Positions 11,918-23,986 of a DNA stretch of 64,000 nt are shown here, one piece after another. Positions within the stretch are counted from its first letter, which is position 1. The number at the start of each line of letters is the position of its first letter. The notes under the pieces are model-generated. The model made no database searches and had not been told where the DNA came from. It was given only the letters and a program-made list of their open reading frames with translations. Source of the DNA: Hyaloraphidium curvatum SAG 235-1 (Eukaryota; Fungi; Monoblepharomycota); contig JAIVFI010000014.1 of assembly GCA_025558095.1 (NCBI GenBank), forward strand, positions 496,001-560,000, written 5' to 3'. The position numbers were made by a program, and so were the translations under genes.

Positions 11918-12171
11918 GTTGGACCCCCGGGCCGCGGAGTCCGACGGGTCGGTTTCGATGGCTAGAAGTCAGCGGTGTTGCGGCGTTGCGCGACGCGCGC
12001 GGGATCGCGGGTTGAGAGCTGTGTTCCACTTCACTTCCCCCCGTGGCTCTGGGCCTTCAGCTACTTGCGACAGGGCCATCGCGACACAGAACCCCGCTTT
12101 TCACCGCGAATCGTCGTCTGCCGGGGCCGCCGGGCGCTCACGTGCCCGCTTGCGAGTTACCGCCCGCCGCG

Positions 12172-13935
12172 ATGCCGAGCTCGTCGTTCGCGACGGGAGA
12201 GGTCCCCGAAGCCCTTCCCTACGTCGACGTGGCACAGATGATCATGGTCTTTGCCGGCGTCTTGGGGATCGCGTTCGAGGCGTACCGCGTGGCGCCGCCG
12301 AGCCCGAGGGCGAATCAGAGCGAGAACGCCCGGCAGCTCGCGGAGGCACGCCGCCGTGCCTGCCCCCGGGCCGTCTTCGTGCAGCACCGAGGGAAGCCTT
12401 ACTGCGCAGTTTGCCCCAACTACCCCTGTTACAACCCCAACAACGGCGGGCCCGCAGGTGCGTCGTTTCACGTCTCCTCGCGCCCTGGCGGACTTCCCTT
12501 GACCCGAACTCAGCGCCTGCCGAGGTCCGCTCCACCTCCTTGCTCGACCATGCGGCGTCAAGAAACCATGATTGGTTCTATCAGGGCTGGGCCCGATACC
12601 TTCGCCAGTGGAGAGAGGCGTGCCATCGGGCTGGCCGAACGGTTTTGGACGTTGCCCTTCTGCCGGGTGAAGCGAAGCGGGACGTGTTGTCGCGCATGAA
12701 CATGCAGTTCTTCGGACTGCAATCGAGTTCTCCGGTTCCCGCAGGCAACTCGACGTCGTCTGGTGGGCCCCTTCGCCTTTCTTCGGAGCCCCGCAGGTGC
12801 GGTTCTGATTGGCAGCTCAGGCTCTTCCGCCGTTGCTCAAGCAAACGGTTTAACCGTTGGCACGCCACTCGAAAGCACCGTTTCGGATCTTGCAGCGAGT
12901 CCTGGCTCGAACACGGCCGGCAAGTGTTTAGCGGTCTGCTGGCAATCACGGTGCTGACCATTCTTCTGCGGGCCAGTCATCACGGAGCTGAACAACCACC
13001 TGGATGTCTGGCAAGCCGAGATGGAGCGCTTTGCTGTTGTGATCGACGGGTTCGGCGAACAATGGCGCCTTCCTTTCTTCTCGTGCGACTCGCTTCGCGG
13101 AGCCCTCGGTGCCATGAAGTTCGTTGCCCTGGTTCCGATCACGGGCGGCCGTCTGATTAGCGTTCCGCAGGAGCCACGGCCAGGAGCATTTCATGAAGGA
13201 CATGCGCAAAGCAGACGGGTCCTTCGACGTGGCACGGACCAGGTGCCGTGCCCATTTCGGCGGCTTCTCCTTCGAGCAGTACCTCGCGCTGGCCATTGCG
13301 CTGCTGCTGCTGGTCGAGTGGAGAACCCCGCTGTGGAACCTCGTGGCGGATTGCATCACCGACATCGTGTGCTCGTGGGTCGGCATCGTCTTCCGCGACG
13401 GGAAACCGGTGCCGGGGCCCCGTGACGGCGATCTCGAAGAGATGGTCCAACACCTCATTGGTAACGGCCTCGTAGTCTGCTGAAGGGACAACGCACTGAC
13501 TGACGGCGCTTTTGTGCTGCAGCAATTGTTGACCTTCAGCAGTATCATCAGACGCAGTTCTCTACGGTCTTTTCGCACGTCGTGCGGGCATTCAGCTCCT
13601 TCGAGGCGCGCCCCGTTCGGTACTCGGCAACGGATCAGCTTGAACTCCTGGAGGCCTTGCTGGCGCCTTCGGGCATTCTGGACCGCCAGACTTGGACCCT
13701 CGGGCGCCTCGGCGTGTTCTTGGGCCCCAACGCCGACCCTTCCCTCCGCCAGGCGTTCTGCATCTGCATCGCCGCCAAGTACGTCCGCGGCAAGGTCGGC
13801 AGGGACTTTGCCTGCGGTACGTGCGGGCACAGGAGGTGCAAGGGCTACGGCACCTGGATCTGCGACGATTGCCGGGACGGCAGGCCGTGCAAGGAGGCCG
13901 AGAAGTATTGCCGGCGTTTTGCTGCCAGCCAGTGA
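12172..13935 (+). CDS. U1/matrin-like zinc-finger protein, copy B, with possible Cys-rich C-terminus (multi-exon or degraded)
   Basis: Intron about 12458-12513 joins YCAVC to LLDHAASRNH (H-x5-H). Downstream fragments include CGTCGHRRC..CDDC. The 3' extent is uncertain. Confidence 0.4.
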
Positions 13936-15382
13936 CGCGGCGCCGGCCGGTCCGCCGCTGCACGTTGTGAGGTGGGTCAAGAGCTGGGGTGCCGCCGCGC
14001 TATAGAAGAAGTGACCGAGCCCACCAGGGTGCGGGACAAGATGCGTGCTCTGATTGCTGTACAAGCGTGTTGTTTGAATGCGTTCGTTGACCAATAGACA
14101 TTGTCATTGCTTCTGGCTCCGGCTCCGTCATTCCAACACCCGCTCGCCCTCGACTTCCCGCTCGGCTCTTGCCCGATCGATTGGATTACGGTGGATCGCG
14201 CAATTGAATCTGGTTCCTCAGGTCGCAAGACACCGGTGCCACCGAGAGAGACTCGGCGGCTTCGGCTCCTTGTTGGGCCGAGCAGTGTCCTTTCGAACCC
14301 GACTGGGGGCGGATTGCGGTCATGAGCCCGCGGCATCTTCGGCCGTGTTTTGTAAGCGGAGCTGCTGCTTGCCACCAGAGGCGGGTCGGAAAGGTCGGCC
14401 TGCGACCGCCACAGGGTGCAGGTGACGCCCCCAAACCCGCCGCGTCGGTTCCGGCCGCTGCATCACATTCCACCCTCCCATTCCGCATGCATGAGGAGGA
14501 CGACAGAGGGATGCACATGCATCTTTTGGTCCACGATGCACCGGTCCGGGGGAGGTTTGGCTGGTGGAGGGTCCGGACACCAGCCAAACTTGGTTGCCGC
14601 CCGGGCCCCACCGGGAGGACCGGGAGGACGGAAAAAGAAAGGTCGGCCATCCGCCGCAGAACTCAACCATCGCTTGAAACAGCATCAATCGCCCCGCGGC
14701 GATGGCAGACATGCCGCCGGACCGAGTGTGTGACGAGCTGCAAGAGCAGCCGCGGGCTCCGCGGTCGCGCGCCCGCGGCGAGGCTGCCTCCGCCGCCCTG
14801 CAATTCCCAGGTCAGTTGCCGGCGGGATCCGTGCGGCGGATCACTGACAAGGTTCTCCATCCAGGGTCGGACAGCAACGACAGCGTGACTGCGAGCATCC
14901 ACTCCGCGAGCCAGGCGGCGGCCGCCCGCCTGCCCGCGCTGCCGACGCCGCCCACCTCAAGCCCTGTCGCCCAGCCTCTCCCCCAGCTGCTCCAAGGCCA
15001 CGGGCACCGGCACGATCTCGCGCGCCCGCACGCAAACCATGATCACGCGGGCGGAGGGCCCGGCTCGCCCCGTGAGCCGCGTCTCCGCGTGTGTCTCTCA
15101 CGCGTCCTGACGCCGTCCTCCCGCAGCGGCGCGCCCTGCAGCCTTCCAAACCCCGCCACCCCGCGCCCATGTGCCGGGACACCATGGTCTCCCCGGAGCA
15201 GGCCGCGTCGGAGGGCCCGCTCCGGACGCGCAGACCGGCCTGGGGTGGCCGTTCCTCGGAGCAACCGGCGGCGTAAACTCGGCTCGGCAGCAGGCCGGGC
15301 GCCTGGCCACAGGAGCGAGCATCCTCGGCCCCTTCACTTCCGTGTCATGCGGTGCGTGGCGGCGCGCTGACATGCAGTTTTC

Positions 15383-17912
15383 GTGCTGACCTCTCCGCGG
15401 CCAGGTCAAGCAGTCACGCCCGGAGGGCTCTCGTGCGAGGCCCTGGAGGACGCTGCGGCATGCGCCAAAGAGCCAGTGCCCGGAACGCCGGGCGACGAGG
15501 ACAACGCCACCAAGCCCCATCGGCTCCCTCCGCCCGAAGCCGAGGAGGACGCGGAGGAGTGCGCCCGCAACAAGCCGGTCACGGCTCGCGTGGTGCCGAA
15601 CCCCGACACCACGACTCCGCGCGCGGCCAAGTTCATCGCCCGCCGCGTCCTCACGGACGGGTCTTTGGGCGACGAACTGGATATCGAGGACGTATGCCTG
15701 GTCGCGGCCGAGTACGCCATTAACTACCGCGAACGGGAGCGCTTCATCAGCTGGTGCAAACGGCAGTTCGGAAAACGCCACCTGAAGTGCTTCGACTGCG
15801 GAAAGTTGGTGGTCACGGTGGCGGAGCTCGTGAAACACTTCCGTACCTCGTGCAAAAAGAACCCGCTGAAGGAGAGACCAAAGAGGAAGGAGAGTAGGTA
15901 CCCGGAGCTTACTCAGGTCCGAAGCCGCCCTGATTGCACCCCATTTCAGAAGCGGTGAAACCCCGAGCGTCTCGAAAGAAGTCGGAGCAACCCCGATCCG
16001 AGCACGCCGTGAGCAAGACCGAATCTGCCTCCCCCAAGGAGGGTGCACGGGGACGGCAAAAGTTCTTCACGGACAGCCCCGACCAGCTCGCCACGGATCT
16101 CGCGGCAGCTCCCGCAGAGTGTTTCGCTGCGGACGGGGGCTTCCGTGCGGACTCCTCCGCCCCGTCGTCCCCGTTCCTGCTGCAGGTGCTGTGGCCACCT
16201 GCGATCCCATCCTCGTTGCTGACCGGCACCCGCAGCACGGCCCCGGCGGCGCGGCGCAGCACCAGATACAGAGTCTGCCCATCGTCGCACCGCAGCACGA
16301 CTTGCAGGGCCACCTCGCCTCCGCACGCAAGCTCGATTCGACAACGATCGACAGCTGGCTCTCCGATCCGCCGCGAACGGTTCCTGGATTCCCTGCGGAC
16401 CCTCGCGCAATGCCGTTCCTGTTCCCGCCGCAGGTGCTAGGGCCGCCTGCGACCCCAACCCCGTTGCTGATCGTCATCCGCAGCGCGTCCCAGGTTTCGA
16501 TGAAGAGCAGCAGATGCAGCAGGCCAACTTCGCCCTCGCAACCCAGTTCAACTTGCCCACGTTCGGCAACCGGATCCCCGACGGGATCCACTTTCAGCAT
16601 CTGTTGCAGCTTCCTCTGGCAGCCCCGTCCACCTCTGCCGGCGCCCGCCCGGAGAATGCTGTCTCGCACCCCGCCGGCGTTCCGAGCCGCCAGCACCCGG
16701 GCATTGTCCCTGAGCAAGGATTCCAGGACGATTCGGACCTAGGGCGTGACTGGGAAACCAGCGAATACGAAGGTGAGCAGCTCAACCGTTCTCTGCGTCG
16801 AACGTTTGAACGCTGACTCGGTTCGAAAGACGAGTTCGTCGAACTGCACGAAAGGCGGATTCGGACGGGGCTTGCCAGTCGCACGGTGGCCATGTTCTTC
16901 CCGACGGAGGCGCCAAGGCTTTCCCCGCCGAGCCCCACAGGGATCGACCTCTCCCTCGGCGGCACCGAATTCTCCGACGGCTCCGACCTCTCCGGTGGAT
17001 TTGACTCCTCCGACGGCGTCGGCTCCTTTGACGCCTACCCCGCATTCACGCAAGCCTCGCAGCAGGAGCAGCACTCCTCCGCCACCCTGTGCTTTCCGGG
17101 CGACGCGCAGCAAATCGCCGCTGCGACGGCGGCAGCGCTTGGTTTCTCCGTCGACAACCACATCCTCGGCGGCACAAACATGAATGGCCCAATCCCCGAC
17201 GGCTTCGGCCACTTCAGCGACTCTTCAGCGGCGTTGACCCCTTCGACGGCATCCAATCCTTCGACGGCATCGACCCTCTTCAGCGGCACCAACCGGGCTG
17301 ACATCCAACACCTACACCAAGCATCCCCGCAGCCCGCGCTTCAAGTGCTGCATCTCCCTGCCGCTGCTCCGTTCGAAGGAGACGTCATCCTCGGCCGCTT
17401 CGACCCCTTGCTCGGCATCGGCGCGGCATCGGTGCAGCCCGCGCATCAAGGTCAGCAAATCCTGACCACCCCGCTGGCCGACGCCAGCGCGGTACCCGCC
17501 CTGTGGCTCGACGCCGCCGTGAGAGCAGCTTCGGGGCTACCCTGGCCGGCTGGGCAAGCAATCCGGGGCTTCGTGGGTCTTTTGCCTTCTCAGGGGAACG
17601 GCAACCCGCAGCCGCACGAAGGTGAGAACTGACAGCTTTTGGCTACGAGCCCGAAGACTGAACCATTCTGCAGGCGAGGATGTTGGCTCAGCGGGGCTAG
17701 GAAATCCTCTTTCTGACTACGAAGACTTCACTGCTCAGAGCATGATGCCCTTGGGTGTACTAAACTTCATGTCGCCGGACCTCGCTGCGCAGCTGTCGGG
17801 CGGCGCGGAGCCCGACTATCTCGACGATTTCTTCTTATTCCTGCCGGCACAGGTGGATGGGGAAGACGATCTACCGGCGAGGTTGCCGAAGCAGCGGAAG
17901 GCGGCCCAGTGA
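15383..17912 (+). CDS. Lineage-specific C2HC zinc-finger protein, copy B (multi-exon, long low-complexity C-terminus)
   Basis: ARVVPNPDTTTPRAAKFIARRVL..SLG and CFDCGKLVVTVAELVKHFRTSC, paralogous to 504-1115, followed by S/P/Q/D-rich ORFs 16514-17912 on the same strand. Confidence 0.45.
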
Positions 17913-18409
17913 TCACCCCCGGCGAGGTGCGTGCTCGGTGCGAGATTGGGACGGGGCATGTCTGACGGGACGGACCACAACAGATCAAAGCGAACTTATT
18001 CTTTCCAAACACTTCCTGGGCTCGAGTGGCTCGGCAGCGGCCTCACGGACGGGGCTTTGTGGACATCTGGACCAGTTCTCCAAGTGTTTTCGCCAATGGA
18101 TGTTCGTGGTTCTTCTCATTGATGAAATTCAAAAAGACGTTGCGTCTCGTTCTTTCTTTCGATTGTAAATTGTGATATTCCAAATCGTTGTTTCGTTTTG
18201 CTTCATGCATCAGCGTCCTTGCGCGTCCGGCCACTTCCGAGCCTGGCATAGCCCAGAACTAAGGGAGCCGCAGGGCATGGTCATCGCGGGAGCAGGAAGC
18301 TGCGAGAATGGTCTTGATGACAGTTCGGTGCGTCTGAGTGTGCCAATGAGGCGTACTATTGCCGGTCCGCGAACTACATGTTGCCAACGATCGAAAGTCT
18401 CTCGCCACC

Positions 18410-20281
18410 CTACTGAGGGGGGGGCGGCGGGGGCACGTCCGAAGGCGGCGGGGGCGGCGGCGCGAAGCTCGGCGGCGGCGGGGGCGGCGCAAAGCTCGGC
18501 GCCGGGGGCGGCGGCGCGAAGCTCGGCAGCGGCGGGGGCGGCGCGAACGCCGGACCGCCCGGGTAGCCCATGCCCATGCCGGGGGGCATGCCCATTCCGG
18601 GCGGGGGAGGAGCGTTGGAGGGCGGCCAGCCGTAGCCGGCGCCGGGGGGCGGAGGAGCCATTCCCATGCCGGGCGGAGGCGGGGCCATGCCCATGCTGCC
18701 GGGCGGAGGGAGGCCGCCCCCAGCGGATTTCCAGGGCATCGCTTCCGCAGCCCACGGGGGGCGCGAGGCGCCAGGACCGCCAGGTGCCGAAGGTCCATAG
18801 TGTCCCTGTGGATAGCAAGACACACACGGAGAGTCAGTTTGCGAAACCGACGTTCGAGCCGCACCACCAACGCTCGGCGCGGGTCCGCCCCCGCCTCCCT
18901 GTCCGAGCTCGGCCATGAGCCTGCCGTACTCGGTGTCCAGCTCCTTGTTCTTTTCCTGCAGCTTCTCCATCATCTCCGGGTCATTCTTGACCATGCAGTC
19001 GCGCGCGGTGTGACCGGCGCTGCCGCAAATGCGGCACACAAGGTTGATGGTGAAGTTGCGCTGCTCGGGGCAGTCGTATTTGCGGTGGCCTCTGCGAGTT
19101 CAAAGACGGCCACAGTTAGCGACCCGAGCCGCGAACACGCCACCAAAACAACCCACATCCCGCCGCAGTTGAGGCACACTTGGTTCTCGTCGTCCCTCAG
19201 GGTACCGTTAAGCGCCGCTAGCTCCCGCAGCTGCATCCTCTTGAGCTCGTTCTCCCCCTCGGGCACCGACGCCGCGGTCTCGATGACCTTTTCGATGAGC
19301 TGCATCGCCTTCCGGACCTTTTCCTCCGAGTCCGCCGTGACCAGGCAGTGCAACTCGTCCTCCTCCCCGGCCTGCATCGAGCTCCCCTGCTTGCCCTCCT
19401 TGACCGAGCCCTTGCCACGGATCGACACCTTGGCCCCGCTGTCGGCCTCGAGCTTCTTGAGCGTGTTGCCGCGGGGTCCGATCAGCAGCCCGATGAAGTT
19501 GATGTCGGGGTACTCCTTGGCCGGGATGTACACCTTGTCCTGCATCTTCGTCGGGCGGCGGTAGTCTGCCGGCGGCCGGAAGAGCGGGTCCAGCTTGGTC
19601 GCGCGCTCGATGAGGCGGTGACGCTCCTTCTCGAGCTTCTCGCGGTAGCGGACCTCGCGGGTGTTGGTACGCTTGCCGTCGGCGCCGTAGATAGGTTGGG
19701 GAGAGGGGGATCTGCGGAGCGGGTGTCAGCGCCGGCAACGGGGGAGCCGGAAGGTCCCACCTCTCGTGTTCGGGCGGAACGACGTCGCCAGTCCTCAATT
19801 TCCGGCCGATCTCTTCGAGACGCAAGTGAACTGTAAAGCAGATTGGAGATCCTCCGGTCAGCAAAGGCCGCGCGTCCGGGACGGCGTTCCGCGACCCACT
19901 TGCGTACATGTCCATCTGCTCCTTTGTCAGGTTCGACGGCAGCGTCGTCGGCAGCCCGGGAATGTTGACTTTGGCCTCGGAGTCGCCCCATCGGTTCTTG
20001 CGCTTCCGCGGCCGGCCCTCGCGGTCGCCTGGGAAAGAAACGGGCGGTGAGGACGCGCACCCCCACCGCACAGCGCAGCGCCCACCTCCGTTCTCGTCCG
20101 CGCCGGGCGTCCGTCCGCGCTCCTCGCGCTCGCGCTTTTCGGCCGGCGGCGGCGGCGGGGGCGGCTGCCACCCGCCTTCCTCGGGCGGCGGCGGCGGGGT
20201 GCCGTCGCCGCGCCCGAACACTCGGCGGTTCGTTAGCGGCATCGTGTTGGCGCCCGTGACGGCGCGGCCGCGGTTCATCAT
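18410..20281 (-). CDS. SF1: Splicing factor 1 / branchpoint-bridging protein (BBP/Msl5), multi-exon
   Basis: RKRKNRW ULM motif, KH domain [28 protein letters not shown]2 [14 protein letters not shown], two CCHC knuckles and a Pro-rich tail. Confidence 0.97.
18418..18550 (-). repeat. Coding repeats encoding FAPPPPxPS units in the SF1 Pro-rich tail
   Basis: Recurrent ggcggcggcgcgaagctcggc units on the + strand. Confidence 0.7.
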
Positions 20282-20481
20282 CGCGGCAGAGGGCGGACTG
20301 GGCCAGGAAAGGCCGGGTTGTCTGCCGCGCGAGACGATTGGCCCACTCACTCTGACTGACGCGCTGACAACTCCCAAAGAAAAGCTACTTCCTGCTTCGA
20401 GTCCCATCTTCTGTTGCGTTCCATGATGATCTGAGTCCTTCCACCGCCCATTGTAGCCCGGCACGTCCCTTCCACAGAGAA

Positions 20482-21759
20482 TCATTCGTCCTGGGCCTCG
20501 GAATCGTGCGCCTTGGCCTCTCCCTGCTCGGCCGCCACCTCCTCGTGGTCGTGCAGCTTCTCCAGGGACACGGAAGTTGGCGACCTCGACCCGTGGTCCG
20601 AAGCTGGCGACCTGTTGCCCGCCGAAGGCGACTCGGGCGAATCCGGCAGCGTCGCGTGCACGATCGGGGCGTGCGGCTGCATCTGGGGCGCGGGAGCCGG
20701 GCTCGGCGATCGCATCCTCTTCCTGCCGCCGCCAGCACTCCCGCTGCGGCCGAAGGTCTTGGCGAGGTTGTCGGTGCGCAGCGCCGCGAAGCAGACGGAG
20801 ACGGTCGAGTGGCGGGCGAAGGTGAGCATGTTGCGACCCCACACCTGGGCGTCGTGCGTTCTAACGGCGAGATCGGCGGCCGAGGCGTGCGAGTACAGTG
20901 CGTACCCGGTTCCGTGGCCATCGCTGTCGACCGAGAGGAGGTGCGGCGACTCGGAGAGCAGGGATCGCAGGTCCTTCGAAGCGAGCAAGCGAGCAGATCG
21001 TCATCAGGCCGGAGCACTCGCTCGATCGCCGACGTGCCGCGCACCTCCTTCGTCATCTTGGACGGCATGTTCGAGATGCGCACGATCGCTCGGGTGCTCT
21101 CTTCGCCCGCCAGCGTCCGGTTCGTGTCGAGGCGTTCGACGGCGATGGGAGGAGGCGGCGGCGGCGAAGGCGCAAGCTTGGCTACGACCGGCGATTCGTG
21201 GGCACGGATGCGCGCCGGCGACTCGATCACCTCACCCGGCTCGGCCCTTGCGTGGCTCGAGATGGTCAGGGCCGAAGGGGGCCGGGACAGATCAGCCCTG
21301 CTCGTCGATTGCTGGTAGCTGCTCCCGTTGCGGTCGCGAACGTCGTGCTCCATCGTCTGCGAGCTCCTGCGGTCCGGCTTTGGGTAGGCGTATTCAATGC
21401 TGACCGCGCCCTCTCGGTTCCTGCGAAACGCTCGGTCACTGCGCTGCAACAATCCCGACGTTTGCAGAGCGACCAACATGTGCCAGTGGAGCTTCCTCCT
21501 GTCGAAGGTCTCGAAGAATCGCTTGTTGTCTTCGGGGTACGCGAACTCCTTTCGTGCCGGTGAGTCAGCGAGCGGGACGCCGGGCCGCCGATGCCCCGAC
21601 ACGAACGAGGAACGCGTAGCCCTTGTGCTGAAGATAGTCGAGTTCCGCGACTTTGCCGCAGGAACGGATGATTTCGTGGATTTCATCTCTAGTTATCCCG
21701 TAAGGCAAGTTTCCGACGAAGATCCTCCGCGGCTGCATCTCGTGAGCGTAGCGCGACAT
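20482..21759 (-). CDS. RRM-domain RNA-binding protein (probably two RRMs), spliced
   Basis: RNP2 RIFVGNLP and RNP1 KGYAFL, then a second degenerate RRM (IVRISNMP..GTGYALY). Confidence 0.7.
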
Positions 21760-22049
21760 TGAGGACGCGCAGGAAATGGGCAACTTTCTCTGAGTGCTGG
21801 CAGCGGCGCCGGGCTCGGTGTGCCGAGTTGACGGGGACTCAGTCGACCGAGAAGCCGGTGGAGCGATGATGTGGATGAGGGCGTGCGCCGCCAGCGGCAT
21901 CGGGACAGGACATCCGCTCGCCTCCCAATTATTCACAATTTGTTTGAACAGCACAAACGAGTAAAGAGGCAAAATAACTGCCTTACGACGCCTTCTTTGC
22001 GGGGACTGGCGGGCTCATTTGAACCGGGCCCCGTCCGATCGCGGCCCAA

Positions 22050-23810
22050 ATGACGCAACCGGCCAGGACCGAGGCCGACAAATCGTACGCCAGCGACATG
22101 AGCTGGAGCGTCCTATCTGCACCTGGAGGATGTAGATGCGAGAGGTGTGAGTCTGATGGGATTGTGCCAGGCCCCAGGATGAACGTTACCCTCGTACAAC
22201 GACTGCCGCGCAAGCACCTGCGGGACGCCCCCAAGCGACAGGACTGCCGAGATAATGGCCGCGGGCACCAACGGCGGAAAATGTGCCATCCTGAGCGACA
22301 CCGCGATGAGATAGCACTGGAACGAGAGATCTTTAGAACAACGACAACGCGAGGAGATATCGGAGCCAACCTTCAGCAGATCAAGCAGGAGGTTCAAGCT
22401 AAGCAGCGTTTGGTCCAGTCCCTGCGGTTCCCAGCCGGGTTTCAGCTGTTGCATACCAGCACAGTGAGCGCTCCGAGATCAGTGTCTCCCTCGCGCATGA
22501 ACAGACCTCCTTCATCCTGGCGACCCAGGGATCCCGGACAAGGTATCCATAGAAGAGTACTCCATAGAGCTGCAGCACAAAGGTCCCCACAATCGCCCCG
22601 AGGAGCTCCTTTTGCCGCGAAGACATCTCGTAGTTCCGACGCGGCGCGTCGATTCCGGCAAGGGGGCAGAGGGGTTTCCGTTTCGACGCAAGTGCCTATC
22701 GGAGGATGTCCCGTGGCAGGTACAGAAAACAAGACTCTGCCTGGACCTGCGCAACTTCGTTTTCGACTTGTTGGTGCGAGGGCGCCGCGGGGGCATCAGC
22801 ACGACGGATATAATAGCCGCGGAGCCCATGCACGCGGAGCCCTCCAAATCAAACCGCGAATCACAGTCGGCTCGTCCTCTTCTTCTCCTCTTTTTGGGCC
22901 GAAATGTCGCGGGCTCCACCGCCGAAATCGTTGCGCGGCGTGCGAGACTCCCGCAACCCCCAGTCGGCGCAGCGCGAGATGCACCTCTCTGCCGCTGCCG
23001 ACTTGCTCTCGGGATTATTGCCGCCGAACACCGTGGGGCCGGGTCGTCCAAAACTCTTCTTCAACTCCTGGTGACCAGAAGCCTGCCAGGACCTTGGACC
23101 GGACGCGTCTTTCGACGAAGTGGAGGGGCTCGTCAGGGGTTTGACGCGGAGCACCGGGGAGCTTCACGAAGTGAGGCTTCTGGAGGCCACTACCGGGAGC
23201 AATTCCTGAGCCGCTTCTTAGCTGGAGTTGGAGAATGCCGCCGCGCGTCACGAGCTCAGGCACTACCCCCACGCGGGTGCGGGACCCATCGGTTTGTCAG
23301 CCCCGCCGTCCAATCTCGACGAGCATCGTTCTCATGGAGCACGACAGCGGAAAGCGCGCGGCATGCTGAGGAGCTCCTGGATCATCTGTCGAATCTCAAC
23401 GATCAGCTCCCCGCCGCTGCCAAGAAGATGAGGAACAAGCCGAAGGGTGACTTTATCGCCCTGGAGCCCGAAGTCCACGCGTGGGTATGGCGCTATGCCG
23501 GCAGCCCGGTTTTTTTATCGTGCTGCTTCCGTACAGCGACTTCTACAACCTGTGCAAGGGCATCTTCAACGATTTGGCGTGGGCAGACCGGGACATCGAG
23601 GCATTCCGGCATGTCCGAATCTTGGGCCAAGCTAGGCCGGCCGAGGTGCTGCAACCGGGCTTGGTTTCCGCTTCTTTGACCACTGACTTCCTTTTGCAGC
23701 TCGTGAACAGGTATTCAAAGGATCCCGTGAAAAGGCTGGCAGCGATCATCGATCGGGGCAGAAACAAGGTGGCGGCCGCTGAAAGCAAGCTCGGCCCGCT
23801 GTCATTCTAG
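22050..23810 (+). CDS. Hypothetical spliced protein or pseudogene
   Basis: Consecutive protein-like segments joined by plausible GT-AG introns near 23481-23536 and about 23646-23699; no recognisable domain. Confidence 0.35.
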
Positions 23811-23986
23811 GATCTGGGACGAGCGGTTTAGTCCTGCTGGCGACATGATGGTCGTGTTTCAAGAATCGCTCATTTGGTGTTGCTGGTTGGTCATTCGATT
23901 GTCGATTGCGTGGGATTGCAAATTGACGAGCGTTTCCATTCAGCGCGGCAGCTTTTGCTATCGTTCCTAGCACAAACATGTGTACA

